Positions 36,871 through 51,349 of a stretch of DNA of 64,000 nt are shown in pieces. Below the pieces are notes generated by a model. That model saw only the letters and a program-made list of their open reading frames with translations. It searched no databases and was not told the DNA's origin. The translations under genes and the position numbers were made by a program. The DNA is from Heptranchias perlo. Taxonomy: Eukaryota. The number at the start of each line of letters is the position of its first letter. Positions within the stretch are counted from its first letter, which is position 1. Location of the stretch: NCBI RefSeq assembly GCF_035084215.1, contig NC_090363.1, positions 5,766,001-5,830,000 on the forward strand, read 5' to 3'.

Positions 36871-38681
36871 GCGGAACTGATTGAAAAGGATGCAACTCTT
36901 ATTCTCAAGAGACACAACACAAATATCGGAAGTGATGACCAGAAATGGCGTGAAACTCGCAGCAAACTGTCAGTAGCAGTATACCAGGGATCAAATATTT
37001 GTAAACAGACTGACATTGAACGGTCTGAAAGTCACATGCGGTTTATCCATCGGTATATAATTTACAGGCACAAATCACACAAATGCTTGAGAGTGGCATA
37101 AACTATTACGGGTGTTTGTGGGAATTGATATGGCAGAAAAAAGAAAAAAAGTGTAAGTTTTAGGGAAATCTATGAATGAATAGATAGTCAGGCAGACCGA
37201 CTTTAACTCGGATTCTCTACAGTTTTTCCATTGCCTTTTCGTGTCTTCAGTAGTGCAACATGGCACAGATCGAAATCCCCTTTTCGGCTTCACATTTTCT
37301 GGTTTCCCTGGATGTCAATCCTTGCAGGAACGCGCTAATGGCAGCAGCGTTGACGTGCTGTACATTCTAATATAACCCTGAACTCCTTCATCACTGGTAA
37401 TTCTGTATCTGTTGGACTATAGTCTAAAAGTGCTCTTGCTGATCGTAAAAGATGCTCCTGAGGATTGGAGAACAGCAGATGTTACTCCCATTTCTTTTAA
37501 AGGTACCAAAAGTGACCCAGGAAACTGCAAACCAGTGATTTTGACGGCCATTGTGGGTAAAGTTATGGAAACCCATATTAAACATAACATCATGGAGCAG
37601 CTGGATAGAAATAAAATCATAAAAGATAACCAATATGGGATCATGAAGGTCTTGATCATAACAAGCGGCGTCACCTTGTCCAGAACAGTGGGACCAGAGG
37701 ACACGGCCTGTAGGTGAAGGAGGATGAATTCAAACCGAATCTGCAGAAGCTGAGCGAGTGGCAACTCGTGACTTCGATGGAAAGGGAAATCGGGAGAGGT
37801 GTTTAACGGACAGCCGATCCAATATCGTTTTACACTATCGACACAAGTTAAAATTACTCCCTCTTCTAGATTGTCATATAGTTGAACTGCCGTGCAAGTT
37901 ATAATAAAAGAAAATTTGATGTTTATAGATGTGAATGGCAGAATCAGCTGTGCAAATATTTCATCAGCTTGCTTCTTTGACCTATAACTTTTGATATGAT
38001 GCCTGGTTGTATAAAGCACCATACGATCTATCTCTTCCATTTAAAGCGCCTTAAATAGTTTTGTACTATAACTGAAATCACACTATGACTGAAACATTAC
38101 TTACTAATCGAAGAATCAAATAATATCACTTTAATTAACACTTATATTTTAATATCCTGTCTCATTTTCTGTCACTTGCACACGGCAGCATCGCTGACTC
38201 TGGGCTGGTGAGGGCGCTGCAAACCAGAACAGCCTACGTATTGCAGGTGTGACCTATTCTCACTCGGTAGACTTTGTTCATCTTAATCAGTTATACCGTA
38301 TAAAACTCATGCCTAAACAATAAACAATTATTGGCAAAATGCACAAATAGCACAGCAGCCCAAGGTGCTGGGACATTTTACAATGTTTTATAGGATTGTT
38401 ACTGAGAGTCAGCACGCCGGTGGAAAACAGATCTTAATAAATCTACTGATATTTCCGCTGGTTGCTTCATATATGTTCTTGCTTTAAAGCTTTAAATCTC
38501 TCATGTGAAAGATTTTAGAATGATGTATTCCCGTTGGTGTTACTATTTTAGATCATCCAACTGCAGCGACCTGCAGATATAAGAGTGGTTTAAACTTTAA
38601 GCTTTAACTTCGGGCATTAGTGCAAAATGGGCTCTATCGAATCGACCGCCTATTATTCGCCCACCAGATTTTCCCGTCCAT

Positions 38682-38866
38682 TGGGGGTGATTTTAACCCC
38701 CAAGAACGGGTGGGAGTTGAAAATAGTTGGTTTCGGCTTTATTTCCGGGTTTAACGTCGGCGCCGAAAAGTACACTGGGAATGCAAAGTCTGAAAATTTT
38801 GCGATTGCGACCCAAAAAAACCCAACTATTTTCAACTCCCTCCAGTTTGGGGGTTAAAATCAGCCC
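38682..38866. mobile_element. MITE copy, internally deleted
   Basis: Same TIRs. Confidence 0.8.
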
Positions 38867-40064
38867 AACATTACCCCTACTTTGTGGATGGGCTCGTTAT
38901 GGAAACTTCGCAATTTTCATTTCGATTCACTTCAACAGAAATGAAAATGGTGCGATTTGTATAAAGGGCGGCCAATCCACAATGCCTTTTTCATGCCAGG
39001 ACAATGGGAGCAATTTTAACGTCTGTAGTCAATGGAAGGGAAAATTGGGTGAGATGTATAACGTGCGGTCGACCCAATAGCAGGACAGGTTCTTTTTCCA
39101 ATCTGCCTTGTTTTGGCTGTAAGCGGGGATGCTACAGTTTGCTCCGTACTCCTGGTTAAGCAACAGAAATGTCAGCTATGATTTCCGCTCGCAATCACAT
39201 TGAATGACCACTGGACACAAACATCCATATGTGAACATTGGGTGAGGGAATGTTGGACTCGGTTGTGATGTCCATTCTACCCATCAATGCCTGTGCCAGC
39301 TCATTGAAAGAGCTATCAAATTATTCCCACTCCCCCACTCTTCCTCCATAGTTGTGAAAACTGGTCCTTTACAAGTCTATATCCGATTCCCCTTCGAAAG
39401 TTTCTACTGACCCTATTCCCACCACCCTTTCAGTCAGTGTATTCCAGATCATAACAATTGGCTGTGTAAAAAAAATTCTCCTCGTCTCTCCTCTGGTTCT
39501 TCAGCCAATTATCTTCAACCTGTATCCTTTGGTTACCGACCCCTCCGCCAGTAGAAACAGTTTCTCTTCATGGGCTATATCAAAACCCCTCATCATTCTG
39601 AACACCTGTATTAAATCTCCCCTTAACCTCCTCTGCTCTAAGGAGAACAATCCCAGAGCGTTCTATTCACATAGGGACCTGAAAAAATCTTCACCCTATA
39701 AAGTATCTTCTGTAGACCAGTAGCTTAATTTAAACTGAAATGTCTAAGGGTCCTTGTGGTTTTGGTTTTAAAGTGCAAAAAACCATCAAGCATTTGTACA
39801 TGTTGCCTTTTCTCGCAGAAACCCGGATGTAACAGTACCGCTGAAAGCTGTAACCATCAAAAAATTAAAGCTTATATATGTTGGAGTATAGATTAAGGTC
39901 AATTATTCACGTGTATTGGAACAATATGTTTCGCAAGAAAACAAAAAAAATTATCGCTCCAGTTTTTAGTGTGAAAGTAACAGATCTACTAAAGGGGGTG
40001 TGGGTGTGGCTTGCTTGTAACAAACTTAAACCACAAAACATTACCTGATAAGAAACAACTATGC

Positions 40065-41620
40065 TTGCATCCGAGGGTCTTAAAGGAAGTGGCTACAGAG
40101 ATAATGGATGCTTTGGTTGTAATTTTCCAGAATTCACTAGATTCTGGGAAGGTCCCAGCGGATTGGAAAACCGCAAACATAACACCCCTATTCAAGAAGG
40201 GAGTGAGACAGAAGGCAGGTAACTGTAGACCCGTTAGCCTAACATCTGTCATTGGGAAAATGCTAGAATCCATTATTAAGGAAGTAGTAGCAGGACATTT
40301 GGAGACTCATAATACAATCAAGGAGAGTCAACATGGTTTTATGAAGGGGAAATGACGTCTGACAAATTTATTAGAGTTCTTTGAGGAAGTAACGGGCAGG
40401 GTTGATAAAGGAGAACCAATGGATGCAGTATATTTAGATTTCCAAAAGGCATTCGATAAGGTGCCACATAAAAGTTTACTGCACAAGATAAGAGCTCATG
40501 GTGTTGGGAGTAATATACTGGCATGGATCGAGGATTGGCTAACTAACAGAAAACAAAGAGTAGGGATAAAAGGGTCATTTTCAAAATGGCAATCTGTAAC
40601 TAGTGGGATGCCGCAGGGATCAGTGCTGGGGCCTCAACTATTTACAACATATATCAATGACTTCGATGAAGGAACAGAGTGTCTTGTGGCTAAATTTGCT
40701 GATGATACAAAGATAGGTGGAAAAGCAAGTTGTGATGAGGACACAAAGTGCCTGCAAAGGGATATTGACAGGTTAAGTGAATGGGCAAAAATTTGGCAGA
40801 TGGAATTTAATGTGGGAAAATGTGAAGTCATCCACTTTGGGAGGCAAAAAAAAGCAAAATATTATTTGAATGGAGAAATACTACAAAATGCTGCGGCACA
40901 GAGGGATCTGGGTGTCTTTGTACATGAAACACAAAAAGTGAACATACAGGTGCAGCAGGTAATCCAGAAGGCAAATGGAATATTGACCTTTATTTCGAGG
41001 GAGATGGAGTGTAAAAGCAGGGATGTCATGCTACAACTGTACAGGGTGCTGGTGAGACCACACCTGGAGTACTGCATACAGTTCTGGTGCCCTTATTTAA
41101 GGAAGGACATACTTGCATTGGAGACAGTTCAGAGAAGGTTCACTAGATTGATTCCGGGTATGGAAGGGTTGTCTTATGAGGAAAGATTGAACAGGTTGAG
41201 TCTATACTCATTGGAGTTTAGAAGAATGAGAGGAGATCTTATTGAAACATATAAGATTCTAAGGGGACTCGATAGGGTAGATGCTGCGAGGATGTTACCC
41301 CTCATGGGGGAATCTAAAACTAAGGGGCATAGTCTCAGAATAAGGGATCACCCGTTTAAGACGGAAATGAGGTGGAATTTCTTCTCCCAGAGGATCGTGA
41401 ATCTTTGGACTTCTTTACCCCAAAAAGCTGTGGAAGCTGAGTCATTGAACACATTCAAGGCTGAGTTAGACTATTTTTTGATCAGGAAGGGAGTCAAAGG
41501 ATGTGGGGAAAGGGCGGGAAAGTGGCGTTGAGGTAAAAATCAGAATAGCCATGATCTCATTAAATGGCGGAGGAGGCTCGAGGGGCCGAATGGCCTACTC
41601 CTGCTCCTATCTCTTATGGC
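40065..41620 (+). mobile_element. CR1 LINE, 5'-truncated
   Basis: 370-aa RT ORF 40419-41531. Confidence 0.95.
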
Positions 41621-42286
41621 CAGATAGTGAAGTAATATTTTCCATCACTGGTTAATGACAGCAGAAATTATTTGCATGACAAATTGAGAAATGATCATTT
41701 ATCATTATTGAACCACATGATCCGCGTTGCAAAACAAAATGCCTTTTTCTGAGAAAAGGCAAGTGTTGTGTGATGGAAAAATAAATCATCTCTCTTTTGA
41801 TCATGTACTTTTCAAGCTTGAAGTGACTCTAAAAGGATAGCTTTTCTTTTAATAGATGATGAGTTCTAGAGTGGTTATAATATTCGGTTAAAATACTCAT
41901 CAGGGCGTATTTCACAGGGTTAATTTTAACTTCACCCTCCCATTGGAAAACGGACGGGCTCGGGTGCAATGCATAAACCCACCCCCGATTTTAACTGTTC
42001 CTGCTTGCTGGAAACTGGCTGGGGCAGTTAAAATAATTCCAGTCACTTACCCCCTCAAATCCCGTTGCCTTCCCATCGCGTCCCACTAAATTAGGCTGCT
42101 CTTTTAAGCAGGCGAGCAGGACACACGCAGAAATGAAGTGAGGTCCCACTTTAAAGATATGGATCGGGTCTGATGATGTCATCAAGACCCGATCTGCAAT
42201 TTTAGTTGAAGGCTTGAGCGGGGTGGGGGGGGGGGGGAGCAGTCATAGTTTCCCCCGTCAGGCAAACCTGTCTGGAGAGGGATTAT

Positions 42287-42530
42287 GGGGGTGATTTTAA
42301 CCCCCAAGGACGGGTGGGTTGGGGGCGGGTGGGAGTTGAAACTAATTGTTTTTTTGGGTCACAACTGCAAAATTTTCAGACTTTGCATTCCCAGTAGGAA
42401 GCCTGTACTTTTACATGCCCAAGTTAAACCGGGAAATAAAGCTGGGTTGCCGTCGCGACCCATAAAACAACTATTTTCAACTCCCACCCATCCCCAAACC
42501 ATCTGTTGTTGGGGGTTAAAATTACCGCCG
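42287..42530. mobile_element. MITE copy
   Basis: Same TIRs. Confidence 0.85.
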
Positions 42531-43244
42531 TAATCATCCTTTAAGATGGGCAGGGCTTCCATGTCCCCATCCTTGCCGGGGTCGTCAATGAAGTCAAGGG
42601 AAAATAATATTGAGCAAGGCTAAAACCGGCGTTACACCCGAACCTGTCAGTTAACTAACCGGCCGTTTAGGTTAAAATTGTCACCTACATCCCTTCCAAT
42701 TTTTATTTCCATTGAAGTCAGCGGAAATAAAAATTGGGAGAGGTGCAAAACGGGCTGCCGATTCGGTATTACCCATTTTACACTATTGCGTAAATTCAAG
42801 ATCAAGATTCAAGACCCTGTGAATTATCTCTGTTTGACTTCAAGTCTTCTTGCTCCCTAGAGATACAAGGGCCGGGTATGGGGGTAATATTGACTTGGAG
42901 GATCATTGCTGGTATCTATAATCCTTAGTATAAAGAAGGACTTCCTGATATCAATAAATCTGCTTTTTACTGGATAGAACCTACCTTCCCTTTCTTCCTT
43001 TCCCGAATCTTTGTCTCCCCCTCCACCCCCCCCCCCCCCCCCCATACCAGGTGTCTGCTCTTTTCCTCTTAATCTGTCCTATGAAATCATCTGAGACATT
43101 GTTCTGTGGATGAGCAGCTCTGTAGAAATACAGACTATTATTGACATATATCCTATTATTATTTAACCGTGTAGCAACAATTCCATTTGATTATTACCAA
43201 AAACAGAAATAAAAAGACAACAAAAAGGTGGCCTGAAATGCACT

Positions 43245-43250
43245 TTTATT
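43245..43250 (-). terminator. Candidate gene B polyadenylation signal AATAAA
   Basis: AATAAA on the - strand followed by a T/GT-rich downstream element (~43200-43228). Confidence 0.55.
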
Positions 43251-44643
43251 GAAAAGAGCAAGAACGTTGAATTTCACGATGCAAGACTTCAAAACTGTTT
43301 GATAAATTCAGGCATACGCTTCAGTCCCCATATCTATGCTGGCTTTAAGTTGTTGTTGCAAAATAGGAGGTTTACATATCAGAAGTATAGATGATTAATT
43401 AAATATTTGTAACATTTCGATCCCCAGGCAGAGATATACCCAGATGCAGACACTAAATTCTGTTAAACTGATACAAGTGTTACTTATCACGTGAAATCAT
43501 TTTAAAAGAACGGGGAAAATAACACAACAATCTTACGAGTTGCTTTATCTACTTTAACTACATGACTACCTACATTAATATCATGCATTATATTTTATAT
43601 TCTAATAATTTTGTTTCTTGTTTACTTATAGGTAGCATATGTTCTACTGAAGTGTTTAAGAATTTCTTTATGATATACAGTGAGAAATTTGTACACGTAA
43701 ACGTTCCTTTCAATTCTGCTTGTTACTGTCCTTCAACTTTTTCAATTGCTAGTTGGACGCAATGTACAAGCATACACATTGTATAGAATTCCTTTCCCCA
43801 GTTAAAAGTGGCTTTATCAAGGATTTTCACCTTCCAGTTCAACAAAGAAAAAAGCTGGGCTATTCTCCAGTCAACAGCTGTCATGAGTGCATACCTTTGG
43901 ACAGCAATTTGGGGGTCATCTGTGAATATTGTCTTCTAGGCCACCTCGAACAAACAATTGTAGAGCATAACGCAATAGGGCCAGTTTTATTATTGAGAAA
44001 CCTAGGTATAGGCCTCAAAACCAACAAGAACAGAACACCACAAAGGTTCAGAAGAGTCAAGAAAAGGTGATAAGTTTTGAAAGCCTATGGATTGTAGGAG
44101 GTAGGGTGGATAAGAGGATTGAGAAGCCTGCAGTTCTAAGGTCCTGGGGAAGAATGACTTCAAGCTGCACATTGTGTGATTAACCTTTATTTGTAAAGGA
44201 CGACGGTACAAGGAGGAGGAAGAAAGCATACGATGTTGTACTTGTAGTATGAGAGGAACAAGAGAAGCTCAGAGGAGCAATGAACATAGCGGCGTCGATA
44301 AAATACAAGTCCGAAAAGCTGCGACAAAAAAAATAGATGTGTAAATAATTTCCCTTCTAATATTTAGGTATTCGAAAGCATTTCAGTGGAATGGACCTTC
44401 TCATTATTTGTGAATCATATCAATTATTCCTGACAGCAGGCCACCCAACACCTAACAGCAACTTCAAAGGAAGGAGAGGTATTTAAAATTTCATACATGT
44501 ATTCTACATCAGTGTTCAAAAACTAGTTATCTCACAAAACAGTAACACTGTAATTAGATGTTTTAATCTCACGGTTTGTTTGATACAGCAGGTGGTGAAA
44601 TAGATATGTGGTAAAAACCAGACAGTGCCACACTGGTTGGAAT

Positions 44644-44730
44644 CTACTGCATGTTCTTTCTTGTCTGTGGTCCACGTTTTTGCTTTGTCTTAACTTCATT
44701 ACCGTGACAATGAAGATAATTCTCTTCATG
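44644..44730 (-). CDS. NCR3: Gene B putative last exon (HEENYLHCHGNEVKTKQKRGPQTRKNMQ*)
   Basis: ttctttctccaaag acceptor; open in phase 0 to TAG; reading frame depends on the preceding exon. Confidence 0.5.
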   Translation of the reverse strand, partial: HEENYLHCHGNEVKTKQKRGPQTRKNMQ

Positions 44731-44831
44731 CTTTGGAGAAAGAACATGAACATTATGTTGATTTGTATCAAGATAAAAAGAAGGCATTCTTTCACCACTA
44801 AATTTTATAAAGCACGCATTTTTTTCATAAC

Positions 44832-44854
44832 CGCTGCGTTATTCCCTTCAGAAC
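44832..44854 (-). CDS. NCR3: Gene B putative small exon (GSEGNNAA)
   Basis: aaacag/gttatg (weak sites); phase 1->0 parallels gene A exon 6. Confidence 0.4.
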
Positions 44855-45494
44855 CTGTTTAAACTTGTAACGGTCTACAAATTACACCGTGCCAAATTAG
44901 GCTTTTCTAAGGCATGTGTGGAATTCAACAGTTTTATCTTGGACAAATTGAGTTGTGCTGGGAAACAATGCCACGGGTCTTTGATTTTTACACAGAGGGT
45001 GCAGAGAGCAGGCGTACGGAGCTAAGGAGGAATACGACATAGGCGACTATCGGAACAGTGTCAGTATGAATAAAATGGGGGAAAACAGATTTAAAAGGAT
45101 GCCACAGTGAAAGAGAGAGAGGCAGAAAGAGATTCCTATCACCATAATTGATTACATTGTAGAACTATAATAACTCTGCATTTACAGGTCTCAGTTACAT
45201 GCATGCACGAAGGATATCTATGTGGAAAGCCCCCAGAGGAGAATGTTTGTTTTGTAAACATTTTATGTAAAGTCTTTGTTAGCTTTAAAAGAAAGAGTCA
45301 AAGTGATCCATCTAACTTCCTGGGGACTTTGCAAAATCATTCCACAGAGATTTAAACTCTCTACAGTCAAACAAAAAGCTCCCTCTTCCAGGCGAAGCCC
45401 TCACTCTGGGTATAGGTAAAAGGGTAAAAGATATACCCTTTGCAATGTTTGTATCATTCCCCCTCTTAGGTAAAAAGTGCAGAATTCTTAAAAT

Positions 45495-47860
45495 GCATTC
45501 AGGAGAACTTTTTTTAGCTAGTACGTAGCAAGCCCAACAAGAGAGTGTGCAGTTCTGGACATAGTTTTAGGGAATAAAGGGGCAGGTGGAAGGAGTATCA
45601 GTGGGAGAGCATTTTGGTGATAGTAATCATAATTCAGTTAGATTTAGCGTAGTTATGGAAAAGGACAAATGTAGAACAGGGGTAAAAGTTCTCAATTGGG
45701 GAAAAGCCACATTTACTAACCTGAGATGTGATTTGGCAAAAGTGGACTGGAAACAGCTACTTGAAGGTAAATCAGTGTCAGACCAGAGGGAGGCGTTTAA
45801 GGAGGAAATAGAGTGGGCTCAGAGCAAGCATGTTCCCACAAAGAAAAGGTGTGGGACTCCCAAATCTAGAGTCCCCTGGATGTCAAGGAGCATACAGGGT
45901 ATGATAAGACAAAAAAGGGAAGCTTATGTCGGATACCGAGAGCTCAACACTGCAGAAAGCCTAGAGGAGTATAGAAAGTGCAGGGGTAAAATTAAATAGG
46001 AATTTAGGAAAACAAATAGAGGACATGAAAAAAACATTGACAAGTAAAATCAAGGAAAACCCAAAGATGTTTTATAAATACATAAAGAACATGAGGATAA
46101 ATAAGGAAAGAGTAGGGCCTATTAGAGACCAAAAAGGAAACCTATGTTGGGAGGTGGAAGACCCGGGTATGGTTTTCAATGACTATTTTGCGTCTGTCAT
46201 CAAAAAAGAGGGGGACGATGCAAGCATTGTAGTTAAGGAGGAGGAGTGTGAAATATTGGATGGGATAAACATAATGGGAGAGGAAATATTAAGGGGATTA
46301 GCATCTTTGAAAATAGATAAATCACCAGACCCGGATTAAACGTATCCCAAGCTGTTAAGGGAAGCAAATGGGAGGAAATAGCAGAGGTTATGACCATCAT
46401 TTTCCAATCCTCTCTGGCTATAGGCGTGGTGTCTGAGGACTGGGGGACTGCTAACATTGTACCATTGTTTAGAAAGGGAGAAAGGTTTAGACCGAGTAAT
46501 TACAAGCCAGTCAGCCTAACCTCGGTGGTGTGCAAATTATTGGAAACAATTCTGAGGGACAGTATTGATCGTCATTTAGAAAGGCACGGATTTGTTAAGG
46601 GAAGGTCACGTCTGACTAACTTGATTGAATTTTTTGAGGAGGTAACAAGGAGGTTCGATGAGGGTAGCATGTTTGATGTAGTCTACATGGATTATAGCAA
46701 GACATTTGACAAGGTCCCACGTGGCAGACTGCTCAGGAAAGTAAAAGCCCATGAGATCCAAGAGAAAGTGGTAAATTGGATTCAAAATTAGCTCAGTAGC
46801 AAGAAGCAAGAGGTAATGGTTGACAGGTGTTTTTGCGACTGGAAGGCTGTTTCCAGTAGGGTTCCACAGGGCTCAGTATTAGTTCCCTTGCTTTTTGTGG
46901 TATACATGAATGATTTAGACCTAAATGTAGGGGGCATGATTAAGAAGTTTGCAGATGATACAAAAATTGGCCCGTTGATAGTGAGGAGGAAAGCTGTAGA
47001 CTGCAGGAAGATATCAATGGACTGGTCAGGTGGGCAGAAAAGTGGCAAATGGAATTTAATCTGGAGAAGTGTGAGGTAATGCATTTGGGGAGGGCAAACA
47101 AGGCAAGGGCGTACACAATAAATGGGAGGATACTGAGAGATGTAGAGGAACAGAAGGACTCTAGAGTGCATGTCCACAGATCCCTAAAGGTAGCAGGATG
47201 GTTAGATAAGCCGATTAAGAAGGCATACAGGATACTTCCCTTTATTAGCCGAGGCATAGAATATAAGAGCAGGGAGGTTATGCTCAAACTGTATAAAACA
47301 CTAGTTATGCCACAGCTAGATTATGTGTAGTGTTCTGGTCACCACATTACAGGAAAGTTGTGATTGCACTAGAGAGGGTACAGAGGAGATTTACGAGGAT
47401 GCTGCCAAGTCTGGAGAATTTTAGCTATGAGGAAAGATTGGATAGCCTGGGGTTGTTTTCTTTAGAACAGAGGAGAGATTTAATTGAGTTGAACAAAATT
47501 ATGAGGGGCGTAGATAGAGTGAATAGGAAGGACCTATTTCCCTTAGCAGAGAGGTCAATAAACAGGGGGCGTATATTTAAAGCAATTGGTAGAAGGATTA
47601 GAGGGGAGTGGATGAGAATTTTTTTTCACCCAGAGGGTGGTGGGGGTCTGGATCTCACTGCGTGAAAGGGTGGTAGAGGCAGAAACCCTCATCACATTTA
47701 AAAAGTACTTGAATATGCACGTGAAGTGCTGTAACCTACAAGGATACGGACCAAGAGCTGGAAAGTGGAGTTAGGCTGGATAGCTCATTTTCAGCCGGCT
47801 TAGACACGATGGGCGAATGGTCTCTTTCTGTGCTGTAAATTTCTATGATTCTATGGTTCT
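45495..47860 (+). mobile_element. CR1 LINE, degenerate
   Basis: Frameshifted EN-end/RT ORFs 45586-47665; TTCTATGA tail. Confidence 0.93.
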
Positions 47861-48799
47861 AGATTGACACCACGGGTATAATGTCCTACCGAACAGAAAC
47901 CACTGCCCAGCGTACTAATACCAGTATCATGAATGCTCGCTAAATGAAATCCACATGATTAATCGGTCAGATTAAGGAGCACAAAGCAGTCACTGGATTC
48001 ATTAATCTGTATTTTGGCGGCAGGAATCAGTGCCCAATTCGCGAGATGGGGGCCACACAATAGGCGGGAAGTCCTCCAGTGGAATCCGTGCAGTGCTCAA
48101 TCTTCCTGCTAACCTTTTAGGTCAACTTCAAATGTTGTCATAGTGGAACTTTGGAGAACTGCACCAGAAAAATTATATTAATTTAAAGAAGGCTTCTGCA
48201 CCACTTTCTGTTTTGCATTGGTCTTGTACACGTGGAATGACCGCAAAGGGAGCGCCATGTGCAATGGAAGTCTTAAAAGAATAGTTTCTTATACTTTTTT
48301 TCGTTTTCACCTTTTCAGTAACGATCGTGTTGTTTCTTTTAAAAAAACACGTGTCCATTCCTTGCCTTTCTATATTTTGTACATTTCATTTTAGTTTTTT
48401 TTTAATATCAGAGTACATGAGGAATGTTAATGTTAAAATAACAGTAACAATGCATCTGTAAATTCACTCGAAAGCCGAGTGCAATTGAAACATTTAAAAT
48501 ATTTCAGCAGAACTGCGAGAGCTTTGAGAAGGACGGTCACCATAAAGAGACTCTTACAATACACATTTTCAGGGGAGTTCTGAAAGCTACAAGGTATCTA
48601 AGTACAATCTGTGGATTCCCGTGGAGGTTAACAAGTTATAGCAAAATTAATGATGGGCGTTGGTTTTAAAGCGCCCAAATACAGTGTATTGTCATTGAAA
48701 TGGTGCAAGATGAACAGACGTGTGCGATAGGGACCAGCAGACACCCAGAGCTGGATTAGCTGCACTTGTCATTATGCCATTGCCATATCTGTAGGTCTT

Positions 48800-49180
48800 G
48801 GCATACCGACCTGGCAATGACCAAGGACAACTGCCTTCGCAGCTTATGGGACAGCAGAGAACCAGATGTGGAACTATAACATATACTACCAGGAAACATG
48901 TGGCAACCCCACGCCACAAAGCGGCAAGGCAGCCGCAAGTCAAGTTTACCACTGCAATCATACTTTTACAATCTAGAGGAGTAGGTATAGAATGCCAATG
49001 GTAATACCCACGGATGTATCACACTGGTGGCTGATGCATCAGCCAGCATCGCCAACACTTACATTTCGTCTCGCCGAGAATAACAATGACAGCATGATGT
49101 GACTCAGCAATGCCACTGCATTATTGCATCTTCCACTGTGCAGGGATCATTGACAGCAGCCATGTAACTATTTGGACATT
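48800..49180 (+). mobile_element. PIF/Harbinger transposase relic
   Basis: VKFTTAI and GIIDSSHVTI resemble HARBI1-type GAIDCTHVAI. Confidence 0.5.
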
Positions 49181-49754
49181 AGGCTTCAACTCTTCCTCAT
49201 GCTGCCCACCACTTGCTGTACCCTGTGACTCAGCTTCTGTAACCTCCTCAGCTTCTGGCAGGATGCGTGTTGCTGTGCTGGTGCTTGCAAATGTTGGTGA
49301 GAAAGATGGAGACGGTGTGTGGTGTTGTCTTGTTCTGACCTACATGCTTCTCTCCAGGTTTACAATGACAAAAACATGTTAGAATGCTGATCCTAAGATA
49401 TATCTTCAAGGAAAGCATTCGTTACAAGATGGGAGGAGGGGGGGGGGGGCGGAGGTAATTATATCCTAACCCGCCCGTCGGAAAACTGACGCGATCGGAT
49501 GCAACGCTCATTTTACGCCATTATTTCTCGTATTTTCCTCCTTTTATTTCAATTAAAAACATGTATCATCGTATTTTGCTTTGATCACATATTGTTCAGA
49601 TATTTCTGCAGGTCATTCCAATGGTTTTATCATGCACTTTTGATAATTATTTGATGTAATCAATAATTTTGCACAAAAATGTGGAAGTGGAATTGTATAA
49701 TCTTTTATACATGACACACAACACATGCAACTAGACAGACAAACAAGCATTTAC

Positions 49755-49798
49755 CTGATGATTGGCATGGCTCTGTACTTTGTTTCTGTGTGGCAATT
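49755..49798 (-). CDS. NCR3: Gene B cytoplasmic exon (RIATQKQSTEPCQSS)
   Basis: aaacag/gtaaat; 44 nt, phase 2->1. Confidence 0.62.
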
Positions 49799-50059
49799 CT
49801 GTTTGGGACAAAACAGAAATAAAGTTATTAAAATGCTTAAGTTATATCTGAAGTTCTGGTGATTAATATTTCCAATTTCAAAATGTACTCTCGGATGCAT
49901 TTATAGTGAAGTTTCCAGTCAGGTGGGAGCTCGGCTATGTTGCATGATCTTTCTGGAATTCTCCTACCCAGCTCTGTTTAGACACATGCGCAGATCACCC
50001 TCTCGACGTTTAAAATAAACTTCCAAGAAAAAAGTAGAAGGAAAAAAAGCAGCAGTTAC

Positions 50060-50488
50060 ACAGCGCCTTTCACGATCTCAGGACGACCCAAAGTGCTTTA
50101 CAACCAATGAAGCACTTTTGAAGTGTAGTCACTGTTGTTATGTAAGAAACGCCACAGTCAATTTGCGCACAGCATGTTCCCACAAACAGCAATGAAATAA
50201 ATGATCAGATCATCTGTTTTACGTGTTGTTTGAGGGATAAATGCTGCCCAGGTCAAAGGGACAACTCCCCTGCTGTCATATCTCTTATGTCCACCTGGGA
50301 GGTCAAACAGGGCCTCAGTATAACATTGCATCTGAAAGACCGCAGCATTTTGACAGTGCAGCACTCCCTCAGCATTGCACTGGAGTGTCAGCCTCGATTA
50401 TTTGCTCAGGTCTTTGGAGGTGAAGTTAAACCCATCACCTTCTGACTGAGAGCCGCGAGTGCTGTGCACTGAGCCACGGCTGACACTG
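50060..50488 (-). mobile_element. SINE (same family); further copies at ~7001-7247, 14700-14965, 19670-19915, 36255-36420, 54560-54915, 58005-58160
   Basis: Reverse complement of 4148-4590. Confidence 0.8.
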
Positions 50489-51349
50489 AAGGGGTACCGT
50501 TCCATATTTTCCTTTATCTTATTGTCTCTGCTATGTAATTCCTATGAATGGCTTTTAAGGGGATATTTGTAACCGAACTCGCCGGCGGCAAACTTACTGG
50601 ATCGGGTGGAATTCTCGATTTACACCCCGCCCAATCCTATCAGTTTCCCAACAGGCCGATTAGCTTAAAATTGCCCATTTTCAGTTGATGACATTAAGTC
50701 CCGCTTCAATTACTGGGACAATTTTCTTTTTGAAAATTATTTTGAGAACTATATTCATATTATAAAGATGCAGAACTCATTCCACGTAACTATAGTCTAG
50801 TTAACATTCACATAGCATTCAATCGCACTGAGAGAAACGGGAGAGGAATTATTAAGTCAATCAAGCGACTCATTAAACACTCAAGTATTAATTATTTGCT
50901 TCATATTCCATGCTTGTCGCTGGCTATAATGAAGGCTTCTGTCTTTGCTGATACTAATGGAATATAAACCAAGCGCCAATCGTTATCATATCGTATGTTC
51001 CATTTAGACGAGAGCCTTTTATCCCTGCCTAGCGGAAATAGTAAAATGGAAGCAAAACAATGGCTGACACACACACACAAATAAACAGACACACAAACAC
51101 ACACACACACACAAACACATACACGCGCGCGCTCTGTTCAACTTGTTACAAGCAGTTCACAGTCTGTTAAGTAAACCAAACAAATGTGCGAACCACTTAA
51201 CCGGTTCTTTTGCAGAATCGAAAGAAGTACATTCTCTGTAGAAGAAGAAGATATTTAGCAGATGTGTTATTGAACTGCAATTTTTCGTACTTTGAAAAAC
51301 TTTTAGAAGAAAGCATTACATTCGGCAAGGAAACTATTGTTTGGCTTAC

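Noticed and set aside
37417-38040. 207-aa - strand ORF
   Set aside because: Partly antisense to a CR1 fragment; no recognisable domain
48558-48586. Alternative phase 1->0 exon for gene B (AFRTPLKMCI)
   Set aside because: Weak ATT|gtaaga context and a competing nearer AG; not excluded, but less parallel to gene A than 44832-44854. Direct splicing to 44730 would instead end the tail at SSA*
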